Shown here: in pieces, positions 58,514-64,000 of the stretch
Layout: each line of letters opens with the position of its first letter
Position numbering within the stretch: the stretch's first letter is position 1
IMG/VR virus record: IMGVR_UViG_3300042540_001399
Coordinates: 62,001-126,000 of that record
Reading direction: 5' to 3' (one strand)
DNA: 64,000 bases
Translations under genes and position numbers: made by a program
The notes under the pieces: model-generated
What the model saw: the letters and a program-made list of their open reading frames with translations, nothing else
Databases searched by the model: none
What the model was told of the DNA's origin: nothing

Positions 58514-58515
58514 TC

Positions 58516-58548
58516 TTTACTGCCAAGTAATTTATTGTTATAATTTTG
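58516..58548 (+). promoter_or_regulatory. Candidate promoter (TTTACT-N17-TATAAT overlapping TAATTTTG)
   Basis: Fits both a sigma70-like and a Bacteroidota -7 reading. Confidence 0.45.
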
Positions 58549-58552
58549 TCAG

Positions 58553-59323
58553 ATGGGAAGAAAAAAGAAAATAGAATTTTTGATGGACACTGATTGGATG
58601 TTCGAAAAACCAATTGACAGAGAACATAAAGAATACAAGTTATTGTCATATTTTCAAAAAATGGGGGAAAAGTTGGATAAAATGGAACTTTATCCAGGTT
58701 TCATTGAACTTTCTTTGCACCTAGCAAACGTACAAACCTTAATCAAAGACAAAAAAATAATGTATACCAACAAAAAGTTAGATTCTGTTGACGACGAACT
58801 TTTGGTTAAAGATCTAAAATTGAAAGATATTCCTGAATTAAACAATGAAGAAATAGATGAATTTGTACAGATACTCAGTTATAGTGCACCAAGGATGTTA
58901 GAATATTTTAACATCGCTAAATCAGTTTGGACAATAGTTTATGAAAACGTAGATATGAAACCTAATAAAAGGGCTAAAGAAGTTATTTCTGATGTTGGTT
59001 ATTTTCATTTCACTGATACTAAAACAAATAAAATATACGTTTGGGAATACAATATTAAACCAGCAGCAAAAAAATCCCCTGAAAGTAAAACTTCTGTGAA
59101 TTTAATTTACTGTGATGAAAAAAATTTGACAATCACTAAAATAATTAATAATTTTTCTGTGTGGAATTCTGAAAATAAAAAATTACCCGTATTCGAAATG
59201 ATTAGCCGTGGGGATTTTCCAATTTTCGAAACACTATTACCAATTTTTAAAAGAAAACTAATTTCATACATTAATCAAAAGAAATTTTTAGAAAGCACAA
59301 AAAAAACACAAGAAGTAATTTAA
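58553..59323 (+). CDS. Hypothetical protein (256 aa)
   Basis: PIDREHKEYKLLSY...LYPGFIELSLHL. No confident family. Confidence 0.6.
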   Translation: MGRKKKIEFLMDTDWMFEKPIDREHKEYKLLSYFQKMGEKLDKMELYPGFIELSLHLANVQTLIKDKKIMYTNKKLDSVDDELLVKDLKLKDIPELNNEEIDEFVQILSYSAPRMLEYFNIAKSVWTIVYENVDMKPNKRAKEVISDVGYFHFTDTKTNKIYVWEYNIKPAAKKSPESKTSVNLIYCDEKNLTITKIINNFSVWNSENKKLPVFEMISRGDFPIFETLLPIFKRKLISYINQKKFLESTKKTQEVI

Positions 59324-59324
59324 A

Positions 59325-59567
59325 ATGAAACAAAAAAACTATCCGAAACCTCAAGAAAAATTTCAACATTATAAAGGTGGTCAGTACGAAGTTATTTGTA
59401 TGTGTAATCATACAGAAACTAAAGAACCTCTTGTGATTTACAAATCTCTTTCTTTTGGTTCACAATACGCAAGACCATTTTCTCAGTGGTATGAGGAAGT
59501 TGATATCGAAACATACGGGGGAAAGGAATACCCAATTTCAAGATTTATAAAAATAGAAGAATTTTAA
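59325..59567 (+). CDS. DUF1653-family protein
   Basis: FQHYKGGQYEVI...HTETKEPLVIYKSL...YARPFSQW. Confidence 0.8.
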   Translation: MKQKNYPKPQEKFQHYKGGQYEVICMCNHTETKEPLVIYKSLSFGSQYARPFSQWYEEVDIETYGGKEYPISRFIKIEEF

Positions 59568-59851
59568 TGGATAATATTAAATCATGTGTTTGTGGTGGCA
59601 TCGAAGATTGTAAGTGCCCCACTATTAAAGTAGAACAAGTAAATCACCCAACACACTATGGTGGGGTTAATAATCCTTATGAGGCGATAAAAGTTATTGA
59701 TGCTTGGGATCTAAGTTTTTCGTTAGGTAATACAATAAAGTATATTTCAAGAGCAGGTAAGAAAAACAAACAAAAAGAATTAGAAGATTTAGAAAAGGCC
59801 GCTTGGTATCTTAACCACCATATTCAAAAATTAAAAGTTGAAAATTTATGA
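59567..59851 (+). CDS. DUF3310-family protein
   Basis: VNHPTHYG...EAIKVI...FSLGNTIKYISRAGKK...EDLEKAAWYL. Confidence 0.85.
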   Translation: MDNIKSCVCGGIEDCKCPTIKVEQVNHPTHYGGVNNPYEAIKVIDAWDLSFSLGNTIKYISRAGKKNKQKELEDLEKAAWYLNHHIQKLKVENL

Positions 59852-60774
59852 AAATAGTAGTAACAGGTGGGGCTGGTTTTATAGGTTCCGCATTTATAAA
59901 TCACCTACTTGATAATTTTGAATGTGATGTTCTTTGTGTTGATAAATTGACTTACGCTGGTAAAAAAGAAAATATCAAACACAATATTCCATTTCTACAA
60001 AAAGACATTTGTGATGTAACCGAAGACGACCTTGGTGATTTTGATTACATAGTTCATTTTGCTGCGGAATCTCACGTTGACAACTCAATTAAAAATGGTT
60101 TACCTTTTGTTAGAACTAATGTGGAGGGAACCTTCAACTTATTAGAGATATCAAGGAAAAACAAAAACTTAAAGAAGTTCATTCACATATCAACTGATGA
60201 GGTTTACGGAGATATGGATGAACATATTGCAATAAATCATACGGCAACGGAAGATGATAAGATTAAACCTAGTTCATATTATTCATCAACTAAGGCGGCT
60301 TCTGATATGTTAGTATTTTCGGCAAATAGAACATATGGTCTACCTTACTTAATTACAAGAACTTGTAATAATTTTGGAGAACATCAATTTGAGGAAAAAT
60401 TCCTCCCAACGATTACACGATCAATTAATAAAGGTAAAGCGATACCGGTTTATGGTGATGGAAAACAAATTAGAGAGTGGATGTATGTTTATGACAACGT
60501 TAAAGTCATATGTGATCTTATGTTTGACGATGAGGTCATAAACCAAGTTTTTAACATTGGAACCCGATTCAGGGTAACTAATTTAGATATAATAAATCAA
60601 ATTGGTGTGATATTAAATAAAAAAGTTAAAATAAAACACGTCGAAGATAGATTGGGGCATGATAAAAAATATGGTCTGAATTCATCAAAAATGGAAAATT
60701 ATTACAGACAAAAACACGGACAATTTCCTAATTTTTTAAATTTATTTGATTATCTAAAAAAAGTGTATGGATAA
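59848..60774 (+). CDS. rfbB: dTDP-glucose 4,6-dehydratase
   Basis: VTGGAGFIG, DKLTYAG, HFAAESHVDNSI, HISTDEVYGD, YSSTKAASD, TCNNFG, YGDGKQIREWMYV, DRLGHD. Confidence 0.92.
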   Translation: MKIVVTGGAGFIGSAFINHLLDNFECDVLCVDKLTYAGKKENIKHNIPFLQKDICDVTEDDLGDFDYIVHFAAESHVDNSIKNGLPFVRTNVEGTFNLLEISRKNKNLKKFIHISTDEVYGDMDEHIAINHTATEDDKIKPSSYYSSTKAASDMLVFSANRTYGLPYLITRTCNNFGEHQFEEKFLPTITRSINKGKAIPVYGDGKQIREWMYVYDNVKVICDLMFDDEVINQVFNIGTRFRVTNLDIINQIGVILNKKVKIKHVEDRLGHDKKYGLNSSKMENYYRQKHGQFPNFLNLFDYLKKVYG

Positions 60775-61096
60775 AAAACTTACAAAACCAAGGAAAGGCC
60801 TAAATAAAAAAATAAATATTTTGGACGCAATAACAACTCCTAATGAACTTATCAGAGAAACCCTAATAAATTTTATGTGGGGATTCCTTGGTAATTCTAT
60901 TGTTGTTTTTGTTGCAAAAGAACTAGATTTTTTGGTTTTGATAAATTATATTGTCTATTACATTCTAATTTCTTATATTGTAAATAGAAAAAAGTATGAA
61001 ACAATGTTAGGTAAATTTATTGTGTTGCCAGGTTCCGCAGCGGCGGGTGCTTACACGGGATATAAAGTGGCACAAATGTTAACGCAAATGCTTTAA
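60767..61096 (+). CDS. Membrane protein (109 aa)
   Basis: Three hydrophobic segments. Confidence 0.6.
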   Translation: MDKKLTKPRKGLNKKINILDAITTPNELIRETLINFMWGFLGNSIVVFVAKELDFLVLINYIVYYILISYIVNRKKYETMLGKFIVLPGSAAAGAYTGYKVAQMLTQML

Positions 61097-61207
61097 AAAA
61101 GTTGAAATCAGAAATTATTTATCGAGTAATTTTTTTTATAATCATGATTGGTACTATAACTTTGACATGGACTTTAATATACAAGTTAATAAAAATAATT
61201 TTTTAAA

Positions 61208-62056
61208 ATGATAGAAACAGGAAAAATAATAAATGGGGATTGTGTGGAAGTAATGAAGACACTACCTGAAGGATGTATTGATTTGGTGGTAACATCTCCC
61301 CCATATGGTGTTGGAATTGACTATGACGTACATAATGATGACATGGAATTTAATGATTATGTTGAATTTGCAAAGTCATGGTTAACAGAAACATATAGAG
61401 TATTGAAAGATGATGGAAGAATTGCTCTTAATATACCATATGAGATCAATCGTCAAAAAAAAGGTGGTCGTATATTTTTTGTTTCAGAAATATGGCAAAT
61501 TATGAAAGAAATTGGTTATGGTTTCTTTGGTATTGTTGATTTAGAAGAACAATCACCACACAGAAGTAAAACCACAGCTTGGGGTTCATGGATGAGCCCA
61601 TCGTCACCATACATTTATAACCCTAAAGAATGTGTAATATTGGCTTACAAGAAAAAACACATCAAGAAAGTTAAAGGTGAACCTGAATGGACCGGTGAAT
61701 TAACAGAAATTGAAAATGAAGATGGGACAAAAAGAAACAAAATGGTTTATGAAGATAAAGACAAAAAAGAATTTATGGAACTTGTCTTCGGTCAGTGGAA
61801 TTATTTTGCTGACACTAAATCTCTCACTAAAGCAACCTTCTCTATGGACATCCCGACCAAGGCAATCAAAATATTGTCATATAAGAACGATATAATATTA
61901 GATCCCTTTGCTGGAAGTGGAACAACTTTGGTTGCCGCTCAAGTGTTAGGAAGAAATTGGTTAGGTATAGAATTAAGTCCAAACTATTCAGAAATTGCAA
62001 AAACAAGGGTAGAATATTTCAAAACCTTGGAACAAATAAAAGAAATAGAGTTTTAA
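61208..62056 (+). CDS. Beta-class DNA methyltransferase (N4-C/N6-A)
   Basis: INGDC...VVTSPPY (motif IV first) ... ILDPFAGSGTT...GIEL (motif I later). SPPY suggests m4C. Confidence 0.9.
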   Translation: MIETGKIINGDCVEVMKTLPEGCIDLVVTSPPYGVGIDYDVHNDDMEFNDYVEFAKSWLTETYRVLKDDGRIALNIPYEINRQKKGGRIFFVSEIWQIMKEIGYGFFGIVDLEEQSPHRSKTTAWGSWMSPSSPYIYNPKECVILAYKKKHIKKVKGEPEWTGELTEIENEDGTKRNKMVYEDKDKKEFMELVFGQWNYFADTKSLTKATFSMDIPTKAIKILSYKNDIILDPFAGSGTTLVAAQVLGRNWLGIELSPNYSEIAKTRVEYFKTLEQIKEIEF

Positions 62057-62058
62057 GT

Positions 62059-62085
62059 AAACCCCCTTAAATGGGGGTTTTTTTA
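62059..62085. terminator. Intrinsic terminator between convergent genes
   Basis: aaaccccc-ttaaat-gggggttt followed by a T-run. Confidence 0.85.
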
Positions 62086-62622
62086 TTGTAATGAAATCCA
62101 TTTAGATTTATAATCTAAATTGGTGGCACAATATCTACCATAGTCATTTACAACTGGCCTACCTGTATTGTACCAACCACAAACAATTGACCAATTACCA
62201 TACTTTTTGTGCAAGTAATTAAGAAGTTTCATACTTGTCATGACATTTAATTCTAAATCAGACATTATTTTATTTTTACTGTAGTTTGAATTGTTGATCC
62301 AATTACAAGTTTTTGGTAAAACTTGCATCGGACCAACAGCTCCAACAGAAGAAACCTGATTCGGATTGTAATTCCAATGAAACGGTCCCATATATCTTGT
62401 TTCTTTAAACGCAACATTGTAGGCGATGTATTTTGGAACTGAATATTCATCAGAATATTTTTCTATTAAATCAAAAAGAACCATAGAACTAAATTGTTTA
62501 GTTTTGAAATTACTTTTGTTGTCTAATGGTTTGTAATCGTTGGAAAAACTATCGAATGAAAATGAAAAATATATCAAAAATGAACAAAAAAGTCCGTAAT
62601 AAAAAACTGTTTTTATCTTCAT
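62083..62622 (-). CDS. Lytic transglycosylase (SLT) with N-terminal signal/anchor
   Basis: IAYNVAFKETRY (catalytic E), SSVGAVGPMQVLP, YLHKKYGNW, WYNTG. Confidence 0.85.
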   Translation of the reverse strand: MKIKTVFYYGLFCSFLIYFSFSFDSFSNDYKPLDNKSNFKTKQFSSMVLFDLIEKYSDEYSVPKYIAYNVAFKETRYMGPFHWNYNPNQVSSVGAVGPMQVLPKTCNWINNSNYSKNKIMSDLELNVMTSMKLLNYLHKKYGNWSIVCGWYNTGRPVVNDYGRYCATNLDYKSKWISLQ

Positions 62623-62623
62623 A

Positions 62624-62941
62624 CTATTTTTCCGATTTGACTATAACATTTCTGGCGTACATATTAAAAATTGCAACACCAATTGAATCTTCATAAACAG
62701 TGTAATTACCATTATTCTTATCAATTATGATTAAGTGGTTATTTTCATCAATTGCCAAATTAACCTGTGACTTGTCCAAAGAAATCATTTCTATGGTTGG
62801 TGATTTGGGACCATAAATTCTGTGGTAAAGATAACCAACAGAAAACCCACTAACAATGGAAAGTGAAAGTACAGTTATGACTGTGACTTTTTTGATCATT
62901 GGTTTTGAATTCTCGATTAAAGCTTTGATTTTTTCTTTCAT
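62624..62941 (-). CDS. Single-TM membrane protein
   Basis: VTVITVLSLSIVSGFSVGYLY. Co-transcribed with the SLT gene. Confidence 0.65.
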   Translation of the reverse strand: MKEKIKALIENSKPMIKKVTVITVLSLSIVSGFSVGYLYHRIYGPKSPTIEMISLDKSQVNLAIDENNHLIIIDKNNGNYTVYEDSIGVAIFNMYARNVIVKSEK

Positions 62942-62967
62942 AATATATTTTTTTTATTGGTTTGATA

Positions 62968-62999
62968 CAAATATAATAATTTTATCAACAATTTACAAA
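62968..62999 (-). promoter_or_regulatory. Bacteroidota sigmaA-type promoter TTTG-N20-TATATTTG
   Basis: Both elements at canonical spacing. Confidence 0.7.
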
Positions 63000-63031
63000 A
63001 TTTAATCTTCAACAATCGATATTTATGTTAT

Positions 63032-64000
63032 ATGAAAAAAGGAATATTAGTAGAATCAGGAATTAGGGACATTAAAAAGCTTGCTGATAGATACAAAAAG
63101 GCTAAAATTTATTTTCATCAAGATTTGGATGGTGTAACTACTGCAATTGCTATGAAAGAATATTTGGAAGATAATGGTATTGACGTTGTTGACGCCGAAA
63201 TAATACAATATGGTGATAAAGAATTTGCAATAAAAAAACTTGACGCTGAAGGTGATACGATGCCGGTTTTGGTTGATTTTGCCCACGGAAAACCAATGTT
63301 TGTAATTCACACAGATCACCATGATACACAAGCTGGTGTAGAAAAAGGAACATCTACATCATTCAAAAGTTCAAGGTCTAACGTTGAAACAATATCTCAA
63401 AGTTTATCACCTAAAGAAATTTTTACACAAGAAGACATAACGTTAATATCAACTGTTGATTCTGCAAATTTTGCTCAATACAATATATCAGTTGACGATG
63501 TAATGAAGTATATTTTCAAATTAGATAAGAATTCTGATGTTAAAAGAAATAAAATGTTGTTAGGATTAGTTGCTAATAAATTACTTTTAGCGTTCAAAAA
63601 TAAACCCGGATTTCTTGAAGAATTAGTATTAGACTGTAAACCATCGTTACTGAATATTTTATTAAAGATCAAATCAATTATGAAACGAGAAGGTTTTGAT
63701 GATGAAGAAAAACTCACACAAAATCAACAGGCCTACATCCAAAATATGAATGTTAGCCCCAACGTTAATGTTAGCGGTAACATATTAGTTCAATACGGAG
63801 GTGGATACATGACACCACAAGGTTCATATGATAGATATACACCATTTAAAAACAATCCAGACGCTGATTTTTTAGTAATTGCATGGCCGTTGGGATTAGT
63901 TCAAGCATCATGTAACCCATACAAAAAAGAACGAGCACTTAAGGGTGTTGATTTGGGTGAAATCAAAAATGAAGTATTGGATGAAATGAATCCAGAATTA
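63032..64000 (+). CDS. DHH-family phosphoesterase, 3'-truncated by window edge (not in ORF track)
   Basis: Open frame to the end of the window: IYFHQDLDG, LVDFAHG, IHTDHHD. TATTTAT at 63020. Confidence 0.8.
   Translation, partial: MKKGILVESGIRDIKKLADRYKKAKIYFHQDLDGVTTAIAMKEYLEDNGIDVVDAEIIQYGDKEFAIKKLDAEGDTMPVLVDFAHGKPMFVIHTDHHDTQAGVEKGTSTSFKSSRSNVETISQSLSPKEIFTQEDITLISTVDSANFAQYNISVDDVMKYIFKLDKNSDVKRNKMLLGLVANKLLLAFKNKPGFLEELVLDCKPSLLNILLKIKSIMKREGFDDEEKLTQNQQAYIQNMNVSPNVNVSGNILVQYGGGYMTPQGSYDRYTPFKNNPDADFLVIAWPLGLVQASCNPYKKERALKGVDLGEIKNEVLDEMNPEL

Noticed and set aside
61097-61207. tRNA or structured RNA in this and other larger intergenic gaps
   Set aside because: No cloverleaf, T-loop GTTCRA or CCA pattern. 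Only a weak AT hairpin and a TAACTTTG -7-like box.
1-64000. Eukaryotic giant virus (NCLDV) or eukaryotic origin, suggested by plant-like GT, LRR, alveolin-like repeats, DnaJ and Cys-rich proteins
   Set aside because: Sigma-70, peptidoglycan amidase and SLT, P2-gpI-like baseplate motif, bacterial promoters, intrinsic terminators and coupled operons all indicate a bacteriophage.
1-64000. Bacterial chromosome or prophage
   Set aside because: No housekeeping operons, rRNA, integrase or att site. Gene content is that of a lytic jumbo phage.
1-64000. Alternative genetic code (stop-codon reassignment)
   Set aside because: Genes tile densely in code 11, and TAA, TAG (e.g. 26378, 47773) and TGA all end genes at sensible boundaries.

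Overview
AT-rich, densely coding 64 kb segment of a large (jumbo-type) tailed bacteriophage genome read in the standard bacterial code. The host is most likely Bacteroidota: the phage sigma factor resembles the Bacteroidota primary sigma, TTTG-N19/20-TAnnTTTG promoters are present, fibres carry SprB-like repeats, signal peptides are followed by Gln, and starts are A-rich without a Shine-Dalgarno motif. Bases 1-28.2 kb are a virion baseplate/fibre module of very large Cys-, Thr- and Pro-rich proteins with a glycosyltransferase embedded in it. Bases 28.3-39 kb encode DNA metabolism (primase, PD-(D/E)XK nuclease, SbcD/SbcC, MTase plus putative REase, sigma-70). Bases 39-45 kb hold lysis/membrane and acidic putative head-associated proteins. 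Bases 45-64 kb are accessory (Hc1-like, DnaJ, Dam-like MTase, LRR protein, DUF932, Trx/Grx, degenerate MetK-like, RmlB, N4/N6 MTase, SLT, DHH). Best leads: (1) a putative virion O-glycosylation system, made of a plant SGT1/HPAT (GT96/GT95)-like glycosyltransferase among fibre genes with mucin/extensin-like Pro-Thr tracts, plus an orphan RmlB; (2) three promoter classes readable from the sequence, next to a phage copy of the host primary sigma; (3) scattered genes with a putative late motif and T4 capsid-targeting-like N-termini, possibly packaged effector cargo. No database search was run. All family assignments come from motif recognition and recalled family sequences and need HMM or structure confirmation. 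No tRNA, rRNA, CRISPR array or integrase was seen.
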